Below the pieces are notes generated by a model. The model was not told the origin of the DNA. It saw only the letters and a program-made list of their open reading frames with translations, and did not search any database. The position numbers and the translations under genes were made by a program. Below, one piece after another: positions 53,679 through 62,997 of a stretch of 64,000 nt of DNA (the stretch's first letter is position 1; the number at the start of each line of letters is the position of its first letter). Source of the DNA: Anaerolineae bacterium (GTDB taxonomy: Bacteria > Chloroflexota > Anaerolineae > B4-G1 > SLSP01); contig DAOOGN010000001.1 in the NCBI GenBank assembly GCA_035415725.1, positions 77,382 through 141,381 of the forward strand, written 5' to 3'.

Positions 53679-56600
53679 ATGGAATGGTTCTTGGACAGCC
53701 GTATATCCACCGGCTGGGAAAGGTTATTGGAAATGACGAAAAAGCGTAAAGAAAAACTGGCTGAGGAATTCATCGACGCCCGCACCGGGGACACTCTGGA
53801 TCAACAAACGGGTGAACCTGCGCCCTGGTTTGAGTTGACCCAGGCCGCGATGGCGGAAATCCTCGCAAGACTCTTTGATACGGTCACATGGATGCCCTTG
53901 AGCGAAGCCACCGTGCATGGGATCATCGCGCGCGAGCCGTTGACGGTCCATACTTACACGACTACCCTGGTGGGTGATGAACGACAGACGCAAGGGACTT
54001 ACGCGACGCCTCTTGAGGATATCAATGGCTGGCCGGATCAACCACACCAGGTCATCTTCTATGATAACCCAGAGGACCACAGTGTAGCCATGCCGGAGTC
54101 GCTACGCGCGCGCATGGTGCAGAGGGGATATCGTTCAGCATTGACGACCGGCTTAATGGCGCATGGGGAACTGGTCGGTTTCCTCACCTTGAGCAGTACA
54201 GCTTCCCTCCCTGACGGTGCTCAATCTGAGATTCAAGATGCCGTTGGCGTTCTGGCCGATTCCATTGGAGTGGCACTGGATAGCCTCTTGCAGGGTGAAC
54301 AGACGCGCCGGCGTACTGAACAACTGGAAACACTGAGTGTGATTGAATCCGCACTTTTGGAAACCAGTACCGAAGCTGAGATCCTGGATGTGTTTATACT
54401 GGCCCTGAAAAACACCGCCACCCTCACGGCCTGGTTAGTGTATACTGACGCCGATGCCGGCGGGACGCTGACGTCGCAGATTGTGGCTTCCTGGCATGAG
54501 GGGGGCATTCAGCCTCAAGATTCTTTACTGCATCATCCGCTGTTCCCGGATACTTTTCCCATGTCGCGTTTGTGGCTGGGCGATCTGGATCAGACTTTTT
54601 ATACCTTCGATCTCCGCCAGGACGTTCAGATGGACGTTCGTGCGCGCGAATGGGCGGTCAAGTACGGTTTTGTGTCGGTTGTCGTGCTTCCGCTGCGGCA
54701 TGATGGGCATTTGCAGGGTGTCATCGTCCTCAACTGGACCGAACCTTACACCTTGTCAGATACAGAGCGATTCCTTTTGCGACGTTTGCTGCGCCCGACC
54801 GTAGCATTGCTCTCGCGGCGGCGCGCTTACCTTGCCGAAGAGGCGGCGCGTGCTGAAAATGAGCGCCGTGCGACACAATTTCAAACCGCCGCGGAAGTCG
54901 CGCACGCGGCCTCCTCCATCATCGATCTGGACACCTTGTTGCCGCAAGCCGTGGAACTGCTCCGCGAGCGCTTTGACCTTTACTATGTCGGCGTTTTTCT
55001 GGTTGATGAGACGAAGCAATGGGTAGCGCTGCGCGCCGGTACGGGCGAGGCCGGTCGTACCATGTTGGAGCGCCGTCACGGTTTCGCCGTGGGTGGCAAC
55101 TCCATGATCGGGCGGTGTGTGGCCGAAGCCACGCCGCAGATTCCTGAAAGTGTCGAAGCGGCGGTACGTTACGTCAACCCGCTCCTGCCCGACACGACGG
55201 CAGAAATTGCTCTGCCGTTGGTCAGCCGTAACCAAATGATCGGCGCTATGTCGATCCAATCGAGCAAAGTGCGTGCCTTTTCTGTGACCGATATCACCAT
55301 CTTGCAGACGGTTGCTGACCAGTTAGCCAATGCAATTCAGAACGCCCGGCTGTTCGATCAACTCAATACCTCGCTGGTCGAAAGTGAGATGCAGACGGAA
55401 GTGAGCCTGGCGATCAACGAGGCGCAGTCTGTCAGTGAAATTGCGCGCGCGGCGGCGCGAGTGGCTGAGTTTATGGGCCTGGAGGGCGTTCTGCTGCATG
55501 ACTTCACCCGCTGGGATGAGGCCGGACGACCTGTGAGCCAGGACATTTACAGCCTGGTCATGCATGAAACCGCCGCCGAATCCAACGTCGTGGAGAATAT
55601 CGAAGTTGACCAGGAGTTGTTAGACTGGATCCTCGCCGACATACGCCGCATCTATGTCAGCAGGGACCTGGTCGCCGATCAGGAGTTGCCTGAGTCGGTG
55701 CGGGCCAACCTGCTGGCGCAGGGATATAACAGTATGATTGGTGCCGTTGTCAGCACGCGGAGCCGCCTGTTAGGCTTTTTGATCATGCATAGCACCCAGC
55801 CGGTGGAGGAGTTCCCGACTCGTTATATCCAGGTTTTCGTGCGGACTTTAACGGATCAGGTCTCGACGGGATTGGAGCGTTACACCTTGCTCCGTGAAAG
55901 CGCGCGGCGCGCGGCGCGCATGGAGGCGGCCTCTGAGATTGCCCGTTATGCGGCGTCGATTCTGGATCAGGAGACGTTGCTCACCGAGGTTGCCAAACTG
56001 ATCCGCGAGCGTTTCCATATTGACTACGTGGGCATCTACATGGTCGATGATTCGGGTCAATGGGCCGTCTTACACGCTGCTAGCGGAGGTGGAGAGGGTA
56101 GCAACGCCGCGCTGCCAGGCGTGGCGCAGGGACAACGCTTAGCGGTAGGGGGAGATACCATGGTGGGAATGTGTGTATCTACCGCTACTCCACGTGTGGC
56201 TTTGGCTATAGATGAAAAATCGCCGCCGTTTGACGTCGCTACGGCGCCCGGAACCCGTTCGGCCATCGTGTTGCCGCTTATCAGCCAGAATGTCGTCATT
56301 GGAGCCATCGCTATGAACTCCCTGGAGGCAGCGGCCTATTCCCAAGAGGATATGGCGATCTTGCAAACAATGGTTGACCACCTGACGACGACCATTGGCA
56401 ATGCGCGGCTTTTTGCCCAGTCCCAGGCTAGCCTGGAAGAGTTACAGCGCGTCCAGCAACGTTACGCTGTGGAAACGTGGGATAGCTACGTCGAAAAGCA
56501 AGACATTGTCGGCTATGCTTATGATTTGAACGCCATGACCCCCTTGCCTGTCGAGCAGGCCGATGTGCCGGCTGACTTCTGGGGCGGCCAACTCTTCATG

Positions 56601-59600
56601 CGCAGTGGCGAAGACGGCGGAGATGGGGCCACGCTGGCCGCGCCTTTCGCCGTCAGGAACGAGCCGGTGGGTTTCATGAGTTTTGAAGAGCCTGGCAAGT
56701 CACGAACGTGGACTGATGATAACGTTGCCGTCATTGAAGCCGTGCGGGAGCAGCTTTCTCTGGCCCTGGAGAACCGTCTGTTGATCGACCAATCCCAAAA
56801 TGCACTGCGTGAAGCCCGGCAGCGTGAGCGCGAAGTCCGTTTCTTGCAGGAAGTCGCCGCCTTCTTGAATGCGACCGAGAGTATCGTGGCTTCTCAGGGC
56901 GAATTGCGAGATCATTTGCAAGCCTTCATCCCGCTGGACTCACTGTCCATCGTGGGATATGACGCCAATCGTAGACTGTATTTCGTGGGCGAGCAGACCG
57001 CTAACGTGCTCGATCCTCAGGCCTGGAGCGGCGTCGAAGTGGGAGAGGGGACGGGGTACGCCTGGGTCGTCGAGATGAATGAACCGCTGGTGAGTGATGA
57101 CATCCGTCAGACGCCGCGTTTCCGGGAGGATGAGACGCTCATCGCGGCCGGCATAACGTCGCGCGCGGTCATGCCCTTGCGCTTAGGCGTGCGCACGCTG
57201 GGTACGTTGAACCTGGAAAGCCGTCAGCCCGGCGTGTTCTCCCGTCCGGAGCTGATGCCCATCCTCTTGCAGGTGACGGCGCAAGTCGCCTCGGCGATGG
57301 AGCGTGCCAACCTGCTTCAGCGCGCCCAGGAAAGCGCCGGCGAGTCGCGTACCCTTTATGAAGCGACCAGTGCGCTGGCCGAGGCCACCAGCTATGAGGC
57401 CGTCCTACGGGCCATCGTCGGCCACACGATTTTGTCCGAAAAGGCCTGGGCTGAAATCGCGCTGTTCGTCGTTGACCCTGAGACCGGCGCCGCACACAAT
57501 CTGCTGGAAATCGTGGGTTCGTGGAGCAGCGTCCCCTCAGCAGGAGAACTGGAAGTCGGGCAACGGATGGGGCTTGCGGAATTCCCGGCACTGCAACTCA
57601 TTCCCCCGGAACAGCAACTGTACATCTGTGAAGACATCGATAGGGCGACGGACATGCCGCCGGCGATCCGCAGTTTCTATCTGGAACAGGGGGTGCAGGC
57701 GTTGGTCATAGCGCGTCTTTCGACGGGAGGGGGCGCCCCTGGCGGCGAGCTTGGCCTGTTCCAGCTTCGCTTCGTGGAGCCTTATCATCCCTCAGAACAG
57801 GATGTGCGTCTCTACGATAACATCGCCGATCAGGCTGCCGTCGTGCTTTCTAACCAGCAACTCCTGCGACTTTCTGAGGCGCGCACCGAGCAATTGACCG
57901 CTGCCGTAGACTTTGCGAACCTGGCGACGGCCCTCTCTGAACGCGAAGATTTACTGAAGAAATCGGTCGACTTTTTCAAGACGCGCTTTGGTTTCTATTA
58001 TGTGAGCATTTCGATGTTGGACGAGGAGGGCGAATGGGCCGTCCTGCAAGCGGGGACCGGCGATGTTGCCGAGAAGTTGCTGCGGATGGGAACGCGGGTG
58101 CGCGTCGATACCAGCTCGATGATCGGCTGGTGCATCCTCAATGACCAACCGCGCATCGCCCAGGATGTGACGCGCGACCCGCTGTACTTTGAAAATCCTC
58201 TCTTGCCGAACGTGCGGTCGTCGATTGCGCTTCCCCTCAAGAGCCGTGGACAGGTCAATGGTGCCCTCACCATCGACAGTGACCGGCGGTTTGCGTTCAC
58301 CGGTGAAATCATCTCGACCCTCGAACTGATGGCGACGCAACTGGCGAATATGATTGAAAGCGCCGACTTGTACGACCGTTCACAAAGCTCGCTGGCCGAA
58401 ACGCGGATGTTGTATCGCATCGCGCAGCAGATTACCGACGCGCTGACCGTCGAGAATGTCTTCAAAGCTGCCGTCGAAGGGATCTCGCAGCGTCCTGAGC
58501 CGGACCTGATCGTCGCCGCGCAGTTGGAACCGCGTCAGACGCCGACGTCGATGCGCATTGTGGGGTCGTGGAGCCGCGATGGCGTACCTTTACCTTTTGA
58601 GGCGTACTCGTTCGAGCAAATCCCCCGCCTGGCGGCCATACTACGGGATGATGAGAGTTTTGTCACGCCCGATGTGACCCAGGACCCCCAGGTCGACGAA
58701 TTCTTCCGTGCCATGTTCGGGCAACTGGGACTGCGGGCGATGGCCGCTTTCCAGTTGCGCATTTACGGTGTGCAGTACGGTACGGTGATGATTCACAGTC
58801 GCAAGGCGCGAGAGTTTTCGAACACGGAACTGCGTTTTTATGAAAACGTGTCCCGCCAGGCTTTCGTTGCCCTCCAGAATATCAACCTTGTGGAAGAGAC
58901 GCGGGAACAGGCGGAGCGGCGCGACATCCTCAATGAAGTATTGCGTACCGCCTCCAGCTCCCTGGATAGGCTGTCGCTGCTGCGCGATGTCGGCAGAGTC
59001 ATCGCTACTCGTCTGGAACGCCCGGTGCTGATGTGGAACTGGGACAATCAAATGCTTACCGTGGTCTCTGGGCATGAAGCCGGCGGAAAACTGATGACGA
59101 ATGGAGACTCTCCGCCGTCTTTGACGCGCACGGATGCCCCCTTGCTTTATCAGGTCGTCGACAGGATGATTCCGGTCTCCATCGACTTTATGCAAGAGCA
59201 CGGGCCTGTGCTCGAACGCTCATTTGCCCATTTCGATCAGCCTCTCGTCGAAGGTTACGCCGTTCCCTTGCGGGTGCGCGGGACAGTCTTCGGCATTATG
59301 CTCTTGGGGCGTCATGAAGACCATCCACCCTTCGATGAAGAAACCAAAGATTTTATGCGGACGGCCGGCGTCAACGTCAGTGTTGCCTTGCAGACGGCCA
59401 TTCTTTATCAGGATGCACAGGAAACCGCCGTCAAGCTGCAGGAAGTCGATAAGCTCAAGAACCAGTTCATGGCGAACATGTCCCATGAACTCCGCACTCC
59501 GTTGAACTCCATCATCGGATTCTCACGGGTGATCTTGAAAGGTATCGACGGCCCATTGACCGACATGCAAAAAACAGACCTGACGGCCATTTACGAAAGC

Positions 59601-60920
59601 GGGCGGAACTTGCTGGAATTGATCAATGACATCCTGGACATTTCCAAGATCGATGCCGGCAAGATGGAAATGGCCTTCGAGCCAACCAATTTGCAGGAGA
59701 TCGTCCGGAGCGTCGTCACCACCATAGCGGGACAATTGATGGACAGCCCGGTCGAAGTCTTGACGGATGTGCCGGAGGAATTGCCGGTGGTCTTGGCCGA
59801 TAGCCGGCGTATTCGGCAGGTGTTGACGAACCTGGTGGGTAACGCGGTGAAATTCACCGACCATGGCTACATCAAGATCTCCGCTTCGTACGACAACTAC
59901 CGGGTGATTATGAGCGTTGAGGACACCGGCATTGGCATTCCTCCCGACCGTCGCCAGGCCGTTTTTGAGAAATTTGAACAGGTGGATTCTTCCTCAACGC
60001 GACGCTATGGCGGCACGGGTCTGGGCTTACCTCTTAGCCGCGAGTTCGTCAGACTCCATGGCGGTGACATGGATTTTGAAAGCGTGCCTGGGGAAGGTTC
60101 GCGCTTCTTCTTCTGGATCCCCATCGGTGGGCCATCGGCCAAACGTGAAGGAGAGGATAAAGAGACTCAGCAAGCCGGCGTTCGTACCATTCTCACCATC
60201 GATGATGATGAAGGCGTCATTACCCTCTTCCAGCGTTACCTGGAAAAGCAGGGTTACAACGTCGCCGGCATGACGACCGGTGAAGGTGTCGTCGAAACCG
60301 CCAAACGCTTGAAACCCTATGCGATCACGTTGGATGTGATTATGCCGGGGAAGGACGGTTGGCAGATCATCCAGGAACTGCGCGCCGATCCAGAAACCCG
60401 CGATATCCCCATCATTGTCTGTTCCATTCTCAGTGAAGCCGATAAGGGGATGAGCATGGGCGTCGCCGACTATCTGGTGAAACCGATCACCGAGCAGGAC
60501 TTGCTCGATGCACTCAGGCATTTGGAGCAGCCGGGCGCCGTGGGACACGTGTTGGTCGTGGATGATAACCCCGATGACCGGAAATTACTGCGGCGCATCC
60601 TTGAGGACGGTGGTTATAAAGTCGAGGAGGCGACCGGAGGCGCAGAGGCCATCGATGTCATTCACACGGACCCGCCCAATTTGCTCATCCTGGATTTGAT
60701 GATGCCGGATGTCGACGGCTTCGCGGTGTTGGAGAATCTCAAGATGTCGCCGCTTACCCGCGATATTCCCGTAATCGTTGTGACGGCCAAAGAACTCAGC
60801 AAAGCCGAACGTGAGCGCCTGCAACAGCGGGTCGAAGCATTATTGCAAAAAGGGCTGTTTGACCAGAATCAATTGCTCAACGACGTTCTCTCTGCTTTGG
60901 AACGCTTGAAGGGGACTTAA
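53679..60920 (+). CDS. Giant multi-GAF hybrid histidine kinase (about 2413 aa): at least 10 tandem GAF domains, HisKA, HATPase_c, REC, REC
   Basis: The repeated GAF signatures include [55 protein letters not shown]...[55 protein letters not shown] and [34 protein letters not shown]. The H-box is [33 protein letters not shown]. The ATPase region reads [23 protein letters not shown]...[38 protein letters not shown]. REC1 reads [18 protein letters not shown]...[11 protein letters not shown]. REC2 reads [18 protein letters not shown]...[14 protein letters not shown]. The start is uncertain; an alternative ATG lies at 53739. Confidence 0.88.
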   Translation: [2413 protein letters not shown]

Positions 60921-60943
60921 CCTGCATCGTAGACCAGGCTCTG

Positions 60944-60980
60944 CCCTCTTGCTCTCCTTCCCCAGGGAAGAGGGATTTTT
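60944..60980 (+). terminator. Intrinsic terminator candidate after the giant GAF histidine-kinase gene
   Basis: The stem is ccctctt ... aagaggg, followed by a TTTTT run at 60976-60980. It lies 24 nt after the stop at 60920. Confidence 0.55.
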
Positions 60981-60984
60981 GTGT

Positions 60985-61022
60985 CGCCTCCTTCTTCCCC
61001 GCTTGCGGGTGAGAAGGAGGCG
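60985..61022. repeat. 38-nt near-perfect palindromic hairpin (11-bp stem, 2 mismatches, 5-bp stem, 3-nt loop), no U-tract
   Basis: The sequence is cgcctccttcttccccgc ttg cgggtgagaaggaggcg. The reverse complement of the 3' arm matches the 5' arm at 16 of 18 positions. Confidence 0.5.
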
Positions 61023-61103
61023 GAGGAATGAGAGGGTCATCGCCTATGGTCAAAGTGTCAACGCGGCCTTAGCGTACTCTGCGGTGAGATTCGATCACAT
61101 AGC

Positions 61104-61131
61104 TTGACAGTTTGCCTCTAGGGTGTACAAT
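61104..61131 (+). promoter_or_regulatory. Sigma70-type promoter candidate for the ferredoxin gene
   Basis: TTGACA (61104-61109), a 16-nt spacer, then TACAAT (61126-61131). It lies about 60 nt upstream of the AGGAGG SD and ATG 61195. Confidence 0.6.
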
Positions 61132-61194
61132 AAATTTCGTTAACCAAGCATATTCTCCATCCCATAGCATATTTATCTAACAGGAGGTTGTATC

Positions 61195-61455
61195 ATGGCT
61201 TATGTGATTACTGACATTTGTGAACGCGCTGGCATGTGCGTTGACGTGTGTCCGACAGACTCCATTCACTTTGTGGAAGGTGACCCTAAGTGGCCCACCT
61301 ACTACATCAACCCTGACACCTGCATTAGCTGTGGCGCGTGTGCTGCGGAGTGCCCCAACGAGGCGATCTTCGATGAGGCCGATGACGAGGCGGCAGATTT
61401 CGTGCAGAAAAATGCTGATTTCTATACCAAAGGCCCCGGCAAAGATTTGATTTAA
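61195..61455 (+). CDS. fdxA: 7Fe ferredoxin ([3Fe-4S][4Fe-4S]), FdxA-like
   Basis: The 86-aa product reads MAYVITDICERAGMCVDVCPTDSIHFVEGDPKWPTYYINPDTCISCGACAAECPNEAIF. It has a Cx5Cx3CP motif plus a CxxCxxCxxxCP motif, a 7-Cys pattern like the actinobacterial and Thermus 7Fe ferredoxins. A strong SD (AGGAGG) sits 7 nt upstream, with an upstream sigma70-like promoter and a downstream intrinsic terminator. Confidence 0.9.
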   Translation: MAYVITDICERAGMCVDVCPTDSIHFVEGDPKWPTYYINPDTCISCGACAAECPNEAIFDEADDEAADFVQKNADFYTKGPGKDLI

Positions 61456-61488
61456 GCCAGTTTCATCGAAGTTGCTGGCAGTCTCAGA

Positions 61489-61520
61489 CGTGAAACGTAA
61501 AAACTTACGTTTCACGTTTT
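61489..61520 (+). terminator. Intrinsic terminator of the ferredoxin gene
   Basis: A perfect 12-bp inverted repeat (cgtgaaacgtaa / ttacgtttcacg) with a 4-nt loop (aaac), followed by TTTT. It lies 34 nt downstream of the stop codon. Confidence 0.75.
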
Positions 61521-61521
61521 G

Positions 61522-61670
61522 GGTTCTTCAGGATTGCGTGGAGGCGGAATAAGAAACCAGCCACGGATTTCACGGAGTGACACGCCAGGTATAAAAATTA
61601 GCGCCATCCGTATCATCCGTGGCAAAAATTAAAGCTGTTTTTCCATCACCACCCAAAGTTCCCCAGAACC
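61522..61670 (+). repeat. Conserved intergenic element, copy 2 (about 149 nt)
   Basis: Same element as 33536-33672. Here the hairpin is a perfect Watson-Crick GCCACGGAT...ATCCGTGGC. The copy-1 wobble pair (U-G) is a C-G pair here, which is a covariation consistent with RNA structure. It lies immediately 3' of the ferredoxin terminator. Confidence 0.55.
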
Positions 61671-61678
61671 ACGTTTTG

Positions 61679-62797
61679 TTATAGGATGTAGATGGGACTG
61701 GAAAATATCCATCCTACCTTCCGCCCCTGAAATTGACGATAAACCTCAACGCGATAAATACCCGGCTCCACCGAGGTATGGCGTAGTTGCGTTCCCCGGG
61801 CGCGTAAAATGGGTTTCCCATCGCGGAGCAGGTGTATTTCGCCTGGCGCCGGCAGATCGATTTCGATATTGCTGGCGCCTAGACGGCGCAACTCTTCCCC
61901 CATCGTGGCTTGCGCTGCGCCGCTTCGCGCCACGAAGCGAAATCCCCGTGTGGAAGAGGGCAGGTCGTAGCCGACCCAGGTGCGTCCTGCCCGCAGCGCT
62001 TCGTAAATCAGCGCCTTGTCCGACGCTGTCTCGCCCGATAATGGACTCTGCGTCAAAAGGTGCGTGTTGACGCCATGGAAAAGATAATTATAGGACAACC
62101 CTGCATGCCCGAACAAACGCCATTTCGCGGAGTCTCCATGCGCGTTAGCGCCGCCTAGAGCCGCGAGTCGTTGTCCGTCGCGGAGCAGTTCATCCCACAA
62201 TCGCAGCGTAGCCTTGTGCGGTCCGCGTATTCCCCATTCAGGACGCCGGGCGTAAATGGCGGCTATCGGCCTTGCCCACAGCAAACCCTTAAATTCCGAC
62301 ATATAATCCCACACTTCTATGCCGGTCACCCCGGCCGGCGGCCAATCCACCCACGGTGTCGCCCGCCAATCCGGTTTCAGCGGGCTGTGCCGGTCGAGGG
62401 GATGCGCGATGTAACAGAACCCGCCCCGCGCGTGCACGGTTTGGATGAGCGTCTGCGTACTACCGAAAGAATACGGCGCGATCTCCTGTTCCGTCCCGTA
62501 GACAAGCAGATGGTTAGCCGGTGGATGGCGACAAACATTATGGACCTCTTCCCCTACCAACAGCAACGTTCGTCCATAATAACCCTCAAGGCCCTCGGCA
62601 TAGATATTGTGATCCGTAACGATGACGAAATTGAGGCCCGCGGTGGCGGCGGCAGCAGCGATCTCTTTGTGCCAGGCTGCTCCATCGGAGTAAATGGAAT
62701 GGACATGCGGATTGCCAACGTATTCGCGGTAGGTTTCCATAAGACGAAATCTTATCGAGAAGGGGGGATTTGTCAAACGCTTTGCCGCCCGCCACAC
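61679..62797 (-). CDS. PHP-domain metal-dependent phosphoesterase (CehA/McbA-like)
   Basis: The N-terminal PHP motif is NPHVHSIYSDGAAWHKEIAAAAATAGLNFVIVTDHN. Further His/Asp-rich motifs include HNVCRHPPANHLLVY, YIAHPLD and GGANAHGD. The true start is probably the internal Met (METYREYVGNPHVHS) near 62737. Confidence 0.8.
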   Translation of the reverse strand: MWRAAKRLTNPPFSIRFRLMETYREYVGNPHVHSIYSDGAAWHKEIAAAAATAGLNFVIVTDHNIYAEGLEGYYGRTLLLVGEEVHNVCRHPPANHLLVYGTEQEIAPYSFGSTQTLIQTVHARGGFCYIAHPLDRHSPLKPDWRATPWVDWPPAGVTGIEVWDYMSEFKGLLWARPIAAIYARRPEWGIRGPHKATLRLWDELLRDGQRLAALGGANAHGDSAKWRLFGHAGLSYNYLFHGVNTHLLTQSPLSGETASDKALIYEALRAGRTWVGYDLPSSTRGFRFVARSGAAQATMGEELRRLGASNIEIDLPAPGEIHLLRDGKPILRARGTQLRHTSVEPGIYRVEVYRQFQGRKVGWIFSSPIYIL

Positions 62798-62805
62798 CCC
62801 CTACA

Positions 62806-62832
62806 AAAATTCCCCTTCCTGGGGGGAAGGGG
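62806..62832 (-). terminator. Perfect 11-bp stem-loop that resembles an intrinsic terminator when read on the minus strand
   Basis: The plus-strand sequence is attccccttcc tgggg ggaaggggaat. On the minus strand the hairpin is followed by TTTTTG. It sits immediately upstream of the annotated start of the PHP gene, so it may instead be a leader or attenuator structure. Confidence 0.4.
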
Positions 62833-62997
62833 AATGGGCTTATAGAAATACGCCTATCGTGTCATTCAAGAGTCCTTTGCCTACCCCAATCCGCGTTCAA
62901 CCTACTATAGGGAATATAAGTAGCTGCGCCAGGTTGACTGGCCTGAATAGATACAACGAGAGATTGTAACCGCGGGAAGTATAGATACGCTGAAAAT

